From NCBI GenBank assembly GCA_000934665.2, contig JYFJ02002705.1, positions 1 to 52,245 on the forward strand: a stretch of DNA of 52,245 bases, written 5' to 3'. Made by a program: the position numbers and the translations under genes. This DNA comes from Catajapyx aquilonaris (lineage: Eukaryota). Positions 19,759 through 31,995 of this stretch are shown here, piece after piece; position 1 is the stretch's first letter, and every line of letters starts with the position of its first letter. The notes beneath the pieces are model-generated. The model had not been told where the DNA came from. It searched no databases and worked only from the letters and a program-made list of their open reading frames with translations.

Positions 19759-19871
19759 CATCCTGAGACCCCTGGTACAGTATACTGTACCTTTGCTTTT
19801 GGTTTTTTTACGCGTTTGAGGTGCTGGGAAAAAACAAAGGTACAGTATACTGTACCAGGGGTCTCAGGAGG
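19759..19871. mobile_element. Very small piggyBac-like MITE (113 bp)
   Basis: TTAA|CATCCTGAGACCCCTGGTACAGTATACTGTACCTTTG...CAAAGGTACAGTATACTGTACCAGGGGTCTCAGGAGG|TTAA. Confidence 0.75.
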
Positions 19872-22624
19872 TTAAACAAATTATAGTCAATGTACCAGCA
19901 TACAGTAACTGAAGCAAGGCGATTTACATTTCCGAATCCCCAAAATGAGGGTATATTCACTCGAGCTTCAGATGGCGCAATGTCAGTCCTGGTTTCACAG
20001 TTGTAAGGTTGTAATGAAAAATTTTAAGTGCAAAGGCGCAGCAATTCCCACCTTGTTGAGTTACTTTATGAGTTGATACGTTACAAGTATACGTATACCG
20101 TATACTTGTAATGTATCAACTCATAAAATATCTATGCAGGAGCAGTGGAATCAATATCAGACTAGTCTAATGATTATTCCGATTCAATTATTGTTCTACT
20201 GATAAAGCTACATAATTGCACAAGAAAGCAACTATATCCAAAACTGGAAATGTACAGTACCTCAAAGATTTATCTTTTTTTTACAATCATATCCACCAAT
20301 AAAATTACGATACTCAAGATGAAAATACATCACTGTTTGTGGACACTGGTCTGTCAGCTCACACTGTGTTTATATTGCATTAAGCCATTTCCAGATCAGT
20401 TTTTTCACATCTGAGTTGAATTTAAAATATCTAACTTGTACAGTGTATTAGCAACCCCATGCCTATTAGTATTATTGGGCGGCAATCAATATTCTCTAGT
20501 GATAGACACTAATTGACGTTTTTCCATTAGTAAATTTTGGTGGAGTGACAAGATGGCTATATAAAAATATTATAATATTCTTACGTTCATTTTCTTGGAC
20601 CCCCTATGACAGACCTATAAGTAGCGGTATTCTAACCTGCGCTGGGTTCTGACATCACTAGCCATTAATTGTTACGTACATTGTTTTAAGTCATTCCTGC
20701 CATTGTGACGTCAGTTAACAAAATTAGATTGCCGCTATAATAATATGGGTCTTTTTGACAGGGTTAACAGGCTTGGCTCTCAGGATCACTAACAAATGAA
20801 CCTTATTATACGAGATTAGGGCACTGAGCTTAATTGGTATTCTTGCGCTAGACAAACTATAGCTGTCAATATTAAGTGATTTCGTCAGCACAAGAGAACG
20901 GTATTCAACGTTGCTCTTGTGTGACTTCATGCGGTTCGTGCGTATAGTACAAAGTTTGTCTGAAAGATGTCTACAGACATTAGGCCTTTTTAGCGAATGT
21001 GCAGGGTCCCTGTGGAACCGGCCTGGAACCTGGTGGAACCCGGTTCCAGGAACTGGTGTGCACTTTTTTGGGGAGTGGTTACCCTTTAGCTATTTAGTCC
21101 TTTCTGACTGGTTCTTGACATCAGCTTTTTAGTATTACCCAACACATTGTATAGTATATACACCGGTATGTCACAATGGGCGTTATATACGATGACACAA
21201 AGTCTTGGTTTTGGGACACTTCGTCCTTCTAGTAAAGTGTCCAGAAGCTACTATAACGAGAACTATTATAATCTTTGGAACCTATATAGTACTGTCGTTT
21301 TATTATTTAGATAGGCACAGTTGCCAGTATACAGAAAGGCAAACAACCCTATCTCTGTTATTAGACACAACCTGTCAGATTAATTATCGTGCTTGGCTGA
21401 TCAGTTGTTGCAGTTCACTTCCCCTAAACAGGAGCAGAGTGCAAATATTTACTGGAAAACACTTGTTGTGCATCTTCATAGTAAGTTATTATGTCTCATG
21501 GCCAATTAGTCTCTAAGCAGCCATCTATATGGTCAGTAACGGTATGCGTGAGTCCGATACGCTTCGTAATCGTCCTAATTAACTGACGTTGTTGCAAGTA
21601 GAACTTTGTTGTGATGACTGTGAGGTAGAAATGAATTTAGATTTGACTTTTGCTTTTTTGCAACAAAAAAAAAAGAAGATGAGGAAGGTGCATGGGTCAT
21701 TGACAATGAAAAGTATATGTATTACGTAGCTTAATAATTTCCCGCACATTTATTATGTAACAAAAGCAACATTTATAGCAGAAGTAGTTGTTCAAATTGC
21801 TTTGTTTTTCTATTAATGCTCACCAACATAATGTTAAAATGTTAAACATAGTGAAACAAAGCGTGTCCAAGTTAGTTTGCATGTGTCATTCAAAATGTTT
21901 TGTTAGCAGGATTTTAGTCTGCTTATAGATTCCGCATTTAAATCAAACTTATTTGAAAATCATCTGAATGAAAAAAAAACTTAGATCAACATCATTCTGT
22001 AATAGTTCTCATTATTTGCCCAAATGACACAAACTATTCTTCTCTATGCGTCGCATGGTAATATTATAGACAATAGTGAGTCATCATATCCTTCATTTGG
22101 CACAGGAAAATAAAAATCGCAAATGGAATATTCATATCTGACAGGTGAATAATAAAATATAATTACACGACTCTGCACACCCTGAGAATTTGAGGATATC
22201 TTTTCTTGTAATCTCTGTAGAATCCCATGCGAAACAGCATGATACAGAACATGCTTATTTTCGCGTTTCTGCTTTTTTTTAGAATAAAAAATACTACCGG
22301 TATGTCGAGAACCTACAACATGGATGAAACGGAAGTACACCTATCAACGGAATGCAATACAAGATCAACATATCTCTTATCAACAGTGTTAAGGTGCAAT
22401 TGCACAAAATATACACTGGTGTCTGTCAGATACAGAGATATCATTATTTCGGCCATGCTGATCAGTACCAAATATGACATCAGAATGAGGGGGGGGGGGG
22501 GGGGANCTAGGGTTTGTAACATGTGTACCTTTTTAAAAGAGACTGTACGATTGTTATGAAATTAAAATGTATTTTTGACGTCAATTAACAAGAACACTTG
22601 AATATAAATTTCGAGTTTCCAACT

Positions 22625-22744
22625 GCGCCAGCGCGTACGGGTCGCGGGGCCCGGAGTCAAGGTCATGTGCGGGGCCTCTTCAATTCGGGGGCCCCCGCAC
22701 CTGACTTGGACTCCGGGCCCCGCCACCCATACACGCTGGCGCTG
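22625..22744. mobile_element. Small GC-rich inverted-repeat element (MITE-like, GGGCCC motifs)
   Basis: GCGCCAGCGCGTACGGGT.GCGGGGCCCGGAGTC versus GACTCCGGGCCCCGCCACCCATACACGCTGGCGC. Confidence 0.6.
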
Positions 22745-24569
22745 GGGGGGAAAGGTCAAATATTTATCTAAACAATAATTTATTATTATTAGCAGATTCC
22801 TGCTAAAGAAAATGGGATTTATAGAATGATGCAAATGATTCATTTCCATATTCATATTCATATTTCCATCCAAGGTTCAATACATACAGAAAAATCGCTA
22901 GAAATATGCTGGAAATATATGCCCTCTTCAAAAAAAAAAAAACACAAATATGTAAACTAACATGCAAATGCAATGCATCGTCGTGGCATGTGCAAAACCA
23001 GCGTAACTGTTCACACGCCCTGCAACCGGTGTATACGGCATCGTGCTAAACTAACCCCCCCTAGTGTCACGACCCTCGAGGCCTGATACCCCCTTAAGAG
23101 TGATTAGCAATGGCCGCGATCGTTTGGATGGATAATTTTTGACCAAGCTTACTCGTCTCGAATGAGAGCGAAAAGGAGGCGAGAGGAAGGGCTCTTCAGA
23201 ATGTCGTGAGAGATGCAAATCTCCTTTTCCGAAGCATGTGGCGGAACCCTTTGCTGCTTTGTCAACCAAACATGGCATCACTTTACCGTCCCTTCCGCCT
23301 TTACGAGCCCTCATACTTTTATCAAAACATTCCTTTTAGGGTGTTATATGTCTTGTTTTTTTTTTAAAAAGGAGATTCCCACCACCCTTCCCTGAAGGTT
23401 CATTTTATGTTATATTGAATAGTGAATATGAGATATATACACTTGGATATGAAGAATGTGGTACGTTCAGAGTTGCTCGGCGTGACAAATAACTCGTGGT
23501 GTGTACTTGGATTCTTACGTAACTAAATGACGGACTAATTACCGTTAGTTTTTTTTGGCGAGACCGCCTTCTGCAAGTGGTCGCAAACTTGATCCTTTTT
23601 CAAGGAAGTGCAATTTTTCCTCCACCCTGTGTTAATATTGTTTCATATTTTAGTCGTTTTTTTGTGGATAGATAATTGACCAGGATGATTTTTTTTGGTT
23701 GTGTTTCGGAGGACGTCGCTCTTTTAAATATTAAGGAGCTGAGCATGACCTTGGCAATAATTCTTACTATACGGTACACTACCTCGTCATGTACCGGTAC
23801 TGCTGGTTTAATGTGCCGACGCTCTATGAAATATATGTTTTGGAACGCTTTATAGACAGCAATGTAGATGCAAATTGTTTCAGCAACATCATCAACAACA
23901 TCAATAATAAAGTTCACAATATACACATACATAGTACTCTATAATAATTTAGTACATTCTACTATTGCTTCTACTAAATGGCATTAGGTTACATGAGGAT
24001 ACGATATATCGCTTTAAAAATATGTGTTAGATGAGCCACTCTTCTATTGCACTATTATAAACTAGAAACTTCAGGGTGCACATATCTCACTTTTTCTATT
24101 TTCAGTTTATTCCCCAGGTTTTGACAAAGTGTTATTCTGCTATTCATAATGGAGCTGTTCTGTTGATTACTGTAACGTATTTCTTCGCATGTAGATAGAT
24201 CACTTTGGAAGGCTTTTTCCTCGTAACTAATTTCTGACCACAAAATAGGTGTCTAGCAGAAAAAGGATTAAGACAAATTGAAAATCAATTGCGAAATGTC
24301 ACATTTAAAAAGTACTGTAACATACCGGTAGAATACGCCTGATGTAAGTCCACTCTGTGAGAATGCAAAGTCCCGCTGAAATCACTTTCAGTGTATAACT
24401 AAACCGCAACAGCCTAATTCTTACCAGAATTGTAACAGCCTATGCAATATTCAAAGATCAGCTCCACCCCACATAACGCACAGTAACAATAATTGCAAAT
24501 AGTGTTGACAAAATGAACTCTAGTTCACCACTACGAAATGAAGCCGTATAATAAATATCGTGTACGAAC

Positions 24570-24720
24570 CTTTCAGTTGCGAAGAGAAGGAAGACCCCGT
24601 AATGTCACTAATTCATCCCCTAGCTCTTTTGTTAGGGAGCGCGCGATTTTCGCGATATATAGCGAGCGCCATGAATGACGTCATGGATGCCAGACAGCCA
24701 ATCACAGGCCGCTCTGCCTG
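24570..24720 (-). promoter_or_regulatory. Candidate Pol II promoter / non-coding first exon for the ZP gene
   Basis: CpG-rich patch with CCAAT (about 24698), TGACGTCA (24676), TATA-like CTATATAT (24655-24662 on minus) and a possible donor AAG|GTTCGT at about 24570. The ZP ATG sits directly after an acceptor, so an upstream exon is expected. Confidence 0.3.
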
Positions 24721-24978
24721 GCTCACTACTGCTGCACGCACCTTCTCGCCTGTGACTAAACTTGTCCATTGGCCTTTGCTAGTCTACACGTCTCGTGTGA
24801 ATAAATTATGTGCAGCATAGAGATTTTTTAAAAATGGCACTTTGCTTGACTTTGTGCCATTTGATGCGTGACATTCGCCAATATTACTCATGCCAACTCT
24901 GGGCTCAAATATTGCAAATAAAATGATTTGCAAGTAATTCTTGTAACATTNNNNNCCCCCCCCAAGAATTGTGAATTA

Positions 24979-25108
24979 GGGCCGGTTTCACCGAGCCCGG
25001 TTTTGATTTTAAAAACCCGTTCTTTCGGAAAAATCCCTGCAAATAGAATAGGGATTTTCCAAAAGAATAGTTTTTTAAAATCAAAGCCAGGCTCGATGAA
25101 ACCGGCCA
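24979..25108. mobile_element. PIF/Harbinger-like MITE
   Basis: TTA|GGGCCGGTTTCACCGAGCC...GGCTCGATGAAACCGGCCA|TTA (3-bp TWA TSD). Confidence 0.75.
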
Positions 25109-25151
25109 TTACTGAGAATAAAAAGTGATTAGTTTTAATGTAAGAAATCCA

Positions 25152-25494
25152 GGGAGGCGGAGTGGCGCTGCGGTAACGTATGAGCACACGGATGTTAAGG
25201 TCCCGGGTTCGATCCCAGCCCGGGGACACCCCCTTCATCTCGTGCAGAGTTGGGTCGTCTCTGGCTTCGTCTCGGGTGGAATTTCTGCTAGACATATCCA
25301 CCCGGGGGAGTTCACAAATTATGTGCCATCTTGGAAACTTTGCACTGCACATTGCACATCCCCTCCTGTCATCCTGCCCGTAGGTCCGGGCGATTCAAAT
25401 GATTAGGTACCAAAAGGTAACACCAATCAATAAAAAAAGGTCAAAGTGCTTGTACCCAAAGGGTCAGAAGCACTACCCACAATTATTATATATA
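25152..25494 (+). mobile_element. tRNA-derived SINE, family A (tail type 2)
   Basis: A box TGGCGCTGCGG, B box GGTTCGATCCC; 15-bp TSD AATGTAAGAAATCCA at 25137-25151 and 25710-25724, enclosing a later MITE. Confidence 0.9.
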
Positions 25495-25705
25495 CAGGGT
25501 GTCTCAACTTTTTTTGTCCGAACAGTTATCGGAAAAGCCTATGTATCTTCTAGCTGTGTAGCCAGAATATGCCCAAACATTCCTGGGACATCCCTCAACT
25601 GATAAAGCCAGGGAAGCATCACTGGTTGCAAGTCACTGCTAAAAAATAAGCAGCTTAGTGCAATATTTCCGATAATTGTTCGGACAAAAAAGTTGAGACA
25701 CCCTG
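25495..25705. mobile_element. Tc1/mariner-type MITE inserted in the SINE tail
   Basis: TA|CAGGGTGTCTCAACTTTTTTTGTCCGAACA...TGTTCGGACAAAAAAGTTGAGACACCCTG|TA; TIR related to the 6532 element. Confidence 0.88.
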
Positions 25706-28700
25706 TATAAATGTAAGAAATCCAATCACACAATGATGTGCAGGAAATAATCTTCCTATGGATTGATTGTGTGCAATAATTACTAATAACTGTCAACAAG
25801 TATACACTTTAAAGTGGAGTGATTAAGTCCTCTTTAAAAACTTTTCACACCACACACAGTGTAAAAAATATTAGTCTGTAGTTACATGGGATTGGATCCA
25901 AAATCTATTTTTTTATTTAAATGCCGAAGAACCGATGTTTCACTTTCCTTCACGTGGAACGACAGACATGCTCATATAGTGTAAATGAGAGATACTTCAT
26001 TTTACAAACCTATCATACCCATATATTTATATAATTCCTTAATGAGCAGTGTTTTCTGCGAGATATATGAACATGTCTGTCGTTACATTCAGTTACCAAT
26101 TATCTGTCATTTGAATCGCAAAAGCTTTAACTGATCTGATTTTATAATGGCAATCATTATTTTCTAAAAGCCAAAAAATAATGCAGGAATGAGCTGCTCC
26201 GGAATTTTTTTCCTATATGAGAAGCAGCATTAAGCTCTTTTAGCAAGAATACCCAACGTTGCCAAAAAGTCATAAACATTAACGTCCCAATGCCTCTGAA
26301 TTGCAGTAAAAAAAATTCAGATCCCACAAAGTGTAACATAAGAAACGGAACACGTCACAAGACTTCTTCATTACCACAAAACGTTTCTCTCGCAATTAGC
26401 GAATTTATGTAGGATGCTTGTCATTCACGTCATCATCGTAAGATCAAAGTGGTGCATCTATTATGACCTGCTGCGTTACACAGGTGAACCCAGATGCGAA
26501 ACCCCCTACATCCTCCAAGCATGGACCTGCTGTAAGATGTTCATTGTTGACCAAGCTCCTCCAGGATCTACTCCTCCCCATCCTGATCTCCACCTCCTCA
26601 ACACATAATATTAGTCATATGAGTGAGGGTCATAAAAAATGGGATGTGCAATATTATACTCACCTTAGAAGAATGGAATGTTTGAGTATTCAACAAGTGT
26701 GAGATTAGGAAAGGGAAGTGGGAGGGTCGATCAAGGAAGCAAGGCAAATCAGAAACAAAAAATTAGGGGTGAACTTGGCCCGTCGAATTCATCTGCCAAT
26801 CAAGACAAAGGACTAACATGAAATAGTTGAAGCGTAGTGCCAAGGCTGCCCCTATGATGCTTCAGCTACTTTTCATCTGATGGTTTAGATGATGAGGTAT
26901 GATCATGTGGACCTTGACTCAATTTTCCCACCTGGCCTTTGACCTCCAGTGGCTATCGATTGTTCACATCGGACCGGTCCGATCCCACCTACAGATTGAC
27001 GTGCTCTAAATACTAGCTCCTTGAATAATTCGTTGCCAGATTTTTTAATTACCGTACCGCAATTTGCAACCAACGTTATTACTCATTACTTTGATGTACA
27101 CCCGGATCGAACCAATTGATTAGGACAATTCAGGTCTTTGTCAATGACATTGAGCTAGAATGGATTTCACACTTGCGCTACCGTGTGTAATCTGCGGATG
27201 GAATCGTCCCGTTCCATTCTGGCAGGCTGCGACATTTACTGTCGCACTCTTTGGCCTTTTTGTGGCTGACTGACCAAGGTCGACACACTTGACCAGCAGA
27301 CTTTCTTCACACTTTTTCCGCCAATAGCTAGGTTCGAAGAGCAATGTCCCCCGTCATTCAATTTCCAGCACATAGAGGATTTTGAAATGGTGGGTAAAAA
27401 AATAGGGAGGATTCAAGTTCATAGAGATTGGTATTGTGGACACGTGCGACAGAATGAGTTCGTGGAGGGCCTTGATCAAAGGACCCCTAGAGACACGAGG
27501 GTAGGAACGCTCGATATTGTTTAGAGGTGCTATATAGGAGGAAACGAATCGCGTCTGTCGAGGGGGGACAGGTTTTGTGAGCGGTATAAAAAAATTTCAA
27601 TTTGATATCACGTATAGGTACAAAATGTTCATGGCATATAAGCTATACAGTACTATAAAAACATCGCTCCTGCCCCAATTTCATGTACTGTACAATCATG
27701 CAGGGCCAGATCCCCACCCATACAAAAAGTATAACATGTTGCTGGTAGGACCCCGCCTCCCATCATCCTTTAGCTATTTGTCACGCCGTGTGATGTTATG
27801 GACCCCATATTTTGCGGGAGAGTGCTCGAGGTAAATCAGAGCGCGGGAGATGTTAACTCCATTTACATGCCATTCTGCTAGAAGCGTCAATATTTACAAA
27901 TAATAATATAAATCTTAACTACTTTTGTCACTGTATATGGTAAGACATTTCTACTTCGCCTCTCGAGTGCCATCACGGTCTATTATTTTGCCGGAGACAG
28001 TATTGCTATTATGTAGGCCTACTTTAAAAATGAGTCACTTATATAGGGACGCTTTTTGCGTATTTTTCCAAAAATTCCGCCTTCGTGACATACGGCAAAC
28101 TTCGATTTTATTGTTATACTATGCACAAGTATGACACAAGTAAGGTCACATTTATTGTACTAGCATGACATAACACTTCCAAAAGAAATAAAACTGGCAT
28201 AAGCACACCCCACCCAAGCATACGTATGACTAGAACAAAGGCAGATGAGCAGATAAGGTGACATTGAGCCCTTCATTACGGGGGGGGGGGGGGGGGGGGG
28301 GGGNCATTCCATTTTTTTAAATGTTCCTCAACATATGAACCACGATATCATAAAGCATGTTAACATATGATAATTAATTACATATAAATAATATTGTAGT
28401 GATTCGATTCTTTGCAAATAAACTACAAAATTACAAGTTGTAATTTTGTAGTTTATTTGCAATTTTAACAAGAATCGAATTACTAAAATATTATTTATAT
28501 GTAATTAATTTTGGTCTGACGTGAGGAAAACGTAGGCATATTCTCACGTCAGACCAAAATTATCTCTGCATGGAATAGTGCAATATTTACAGTATACAAT
28601 AATGTTTATAATATGTTATAATTATTAATTATTATAAGGTATAAGAACACCTGTGACACAGTCACCCCTGAAGTCTTTCATAACTAATCTCGTCACATTT

Positions 28701-28953
28701 AAATGACAACTAAATCCGAAAGCATTTTGCTCCCATTTGTCTTTTATATACACCGGTACTCTTCCTGCTTGCGGTGCAAAAGTGAGACTGATGCTTGATC
28801 GAGAGTGTGTCGAAGATGATAAAACGGCGTCTGTAAGAGAGTGAGACTGCGGGAGGTCAAAGGAAGGCATCCATCCTCCCTCCCAGCGTGGGAATAGAGA
28901 AAGTGAGTAGGCTGTTCCCAGAAGGGGTAATGCAAACTACGGTGTGCCGGCCG

Positions 28954-29054
28954 GCATGGCATGGCATGGCATGGCATGGCATGGCAGGGGCGTTCCGGAC
29001 CGATACAGAGAGCTAGGCCAAGTCGAGCTGGCGGATGGATGGATGGATGGATGG
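28954..29054. repeat. (CATGG)n and (GGAT)n microsatellites
   Basis: About 6 CATGG units at 28955-28986 and about 5 GGAT units at 29033-29054. Confidence 0.85.
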
Positions 29055-29580
29055 GGAGTTTCCGAGGTTGGAGGAGCCCGTTTGCCGTCAAACTCAATCG
29101 GGCATCAAAAAGGCCAAGTTCTCAGCCGCCTCCACCACCACCTCTGCTCCTTTTTTGGGATGAAACAAGCGAAGAAAGGGATTTAAAAAAAGGAAGGCTG
29201 GCGTAGGGCACAAGCGATGGAGCGCGGACGACCTTTGCTTGCATTCTTGCATCCTTTGCCCGGTCCTTTTATCCTTTCAGTCATCCATTCACGCATTCGT
29301 TTCACTCTTTACTGCACTTTTTGCTTCATTATTCTTCTAGCTCCACTGGGATCTCCACCCTTGCCCACTTGTGCCAGGTGTCATCTGTAGGGGCCTACAT
29401 GGGCGTTATCAGTCAGCAGGAACTGTCAGTACTGAGGCTGCCTAAAAGTGGGTTCATGGCCACACACTACACATGTCTGTTCGCAGGATAAGACTAACTG
29501 GTAGGATGAATTCGATACTGATTCTCCATTAGGCGAACTCCGTGCTCACAAGTCAGCCTGTATTACATTAGGCGAACTCC

Positions 29581-29940
29581 GGGGAGGTGTGGTGGCCGAT
29601 ATGGTAACGTCTCGGCTTGCCTGCTGAGTGAAAGGCCCTAGGTTCGATCCCCGCTTGGGAGTTCCCTTTCACCTGCGTCGGGAGAGTCTCTGACCCCCAC
29701 CAGGTGTCTATCAACCTAACCTGCACATGGCCCAAATTTGAGACATTGACATTGCACCTCCACCCGTGTCCTCTCCCCGAAAATCCCTATCCAGCTATCC
29801 TTACTAATGTCCATGATTTCTTGCACCGGAGGTTGAAGATACGAGTATACAGTATATAGGCTACTAAGAAAACTGATGGTGGTGTTCCACCCCTCAAAAA
29901 GGCCGGAGGCCGATAGAGGTGTAAAATAAATATTTAAAAA
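29581..29940 (+). mobile_element. tRNA-derived SINE, family B (tail type 1)
   Basis: GGGGAGGTGTGGTGGCCGATATGGTAACG (A box) ... GGTTCGATCCCC (B box); tail GGTGGTGTTCCACCCCTC...A-rich; flanked by an AACTCC duplication. Confidence 0.85.
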
Positions 29941-29990
29941 ACTCCGTGCTCACAAGTCGGCCTGTACTGGACAGTACAGTACTGTACGTA

Positions 29991-30781
29991 CCGTATTACC
30001 TCACATAAAGCGGCATGCCGGTATAAAACGAGGTCGACCAGCATGCCGGTATAACCCGGGGGGTGGCCGGCATGCCGCAATAACCGAGGTAGATTTCCGT
30101 AATTTTGATCCTTGCCAAATGTTTTGGAATGCTTCAGGTACCATGCTAAAAAATGTTAGTACAATAAAAATGGGCGAGTGTACAGGCTGTGAGAGGAGTT
30201 CTGTTGCACAGTGCATTTAAAAAATGTAGAGTGTATGACCAATCTCATCGTCAGCCTGCTTTGACAGGGGAACCCCCTGCTCTAACATACTGTATACATG
30301 CCGGTATAGGGCCGGTATAGGTGGTGGGGGTCAGAGACCCTCCCGACGCAGGTGAAAGGGAACTCCCAAGCGGGGATCGAACCTAGGGCCTTTCACTCAG
30401 CAGGCAAGCCGAGACGTTACCATCTCGGCCACCACACCTCCCCGGAGTTCGCCTAATGTACAGGCTGACTTCGCCCTATACCGGCATACCTCGCCCTATA
30501 CCGGCATGCCAAACACTGCAATTGAAAACAATAATTATATGGTACGGGTAGACTGTCCTAGTTGGAAAATGTCCCTTTTCGATAGCCTTTACGTGAATTT
30601 ACATTTTCAGGAAAATGTCAAGTTCTGAAAGGACAATGATTGTAACTTATGTGAAAACCTCGCCCTATACCGGCATACCTCGCCCTATACCGGCATGCCG
30701 GTATAGCCACCAGATCGTGCATTTCTAAAAACTGGTCGACTTCGGCTACACCGGCATGCCGCTTGATGTGAGGTAATACGG
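29991..30781. mobile_element. Tc1/pogo-type non-autonomous element with CCGTA termini and 20-bp subterminal repeats; contains a captured SINE fragment
   Basis: TA|CCGTATTACCTCACATAAAGCGGCATGCCGGT...ACCGGCATGCCGCTTGATGTGAGGTAATACGG|TA; CCTCGCCCTATACCGGCATA repeats at about 30472-30510 and 30657-30700. Confidence 0.85.
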
Positions 30782-31435
30782 TATTTGAAAAATTAAAATC
30801 GGCCAGGAGTTTTATATTAAATTAAAACTGCAACACGCTGCAGCAATAAGAAAATTCGGAGAACGGCCCTGGAGGCGGCTATTTCAGGTAACCAAAAATA
30901 AATGTCGAATTTTTAAAATAAAATTACCGGTCAATGCCTGCATGTATCATACGTACCCAAAGCATGACCCACCCGAAGTTGAATCGCCCTTATTTCCCGA
31001 AATGCGCATGCGACATGGCGCCTGGCGCCTGTGAGCATAGCCTGCTATTGACTTACGGGATCGTTCACTACTTTCCCAGCCTTCTGGAGCTCCCAGAGAG
31101 CCACGAGCCTTCCAATCACCCACTATTCAGTCTGAAACCACCTAATATCCTTTCTCCCACTCAACAAAATCCAGCGTAGTAGTGGTTTCATTTGACTAGG
31201 GCTACTTTGCATATCGGAAAGCCTTGTTATTTGGACAGTTTCGGGAATAGAACGCACCCTTTAGCACTTGTGGCGACTTCTGGCCTTCGTTCAAGGCTGC
31301 TATGCCGAGAGGCGTGGGAACAACTTAGAGGCTTCTCACCTGCCTGGAAGGTGCGTATTACCTCCTTCATAACCCCTGCCTGGATACATGGGCTGATGTC
31401 ATGGTATGTGTCCTTTCTAGGGGGTTCACGTCAGG

Positions 31436-31995
31436 ATGAGTGAGGAAGAGCTGAGCAAGTACGACACGGCTGATGAGTCCTTGTCTGCACCGGTTGAGCT
31501 GCTTTCTGAGGTGGAGTAGTTGAAGCTTGTCACTTGCTTTTAGGCAATATGTAACTTACTGTCATTCTTACCGTTGCCTTTCCTTTTCAGTTTCTCTCAG
31601 CACTCATGTGCAAGAATTATGAGAGCGCACTGCATTATTGCAAACTCAGTAAGTGCCACATGAAGAGGGTTGTTTCAGATCATTAGAGTCCATTCTATCT
31701 CTTGCAGTTTTGCATTATGAACCGGAAAACCCGACAGCGAAGGATTTTTATCCGCTCATTTTGCACAAGTTGAGTCAGCAAGGTACGTCTAGTAATGCAT
31801 ATTATAGTGGCACAGAGATCCTTTGCTATTCTTTCAATTTCAGGGGGAGACAACTTTTGCGAATCTGTTAGCAACCAGTCTAACAGCACTACTGGTTCAT
31901 TTGCCAGCCTCTTGTTGGATGAGGCGGATGAAGATGACAAGATTAATTCTAATCAAATTACCACTGATCCCAATGGTAATTATAGCTCCCAGTGA
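31436..31995 (+). CDS. ERICH2: Glutamate-rich protein 2 (ERICH2)-like small protein
   Basis: Exons 31436-31510, 31591-31648, 31708-31782, 31844-31995 splice in frame to MSEEELSKYDTADESLSAPVELLSEFLSALMCKNYESALHYCKLILHYEPENPTAKDFYPLILHKL...; the AP.EL..EFL.A.M...Y..A...C..IL.YEPENP.AK.F..LI pattern is the ERICH2 conserved core as I recall it. Confidence 0.85.

Noticed and set aside
19384..23548. Two ACCGTTAG (Ovo/Shavenbaby-like) sites upstream of the ZP gene (19384 minus, 23541 plus)
   Set aside because: About two matches to ACHGTTAK are expected by chance in 13 kb on both strands.
25152..25225. tRNA-like sequences with A and B boxes (also at 6.4, 16.8, 29.6, 30.4, 37.1 and 46.1 kb)
   Set aside because: They continue into shared bodies and tails with TSDs and lack a clean cloverleaf and T-run terminator, so they are SINE heads, not tRNA genes.
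22488..28304. Long G/C homopolymers as G-quadruplex elements
   Set aside because: They abut N bases (22506, 24951-24955, 28304), so their lengths are unreliable assembly junctions.
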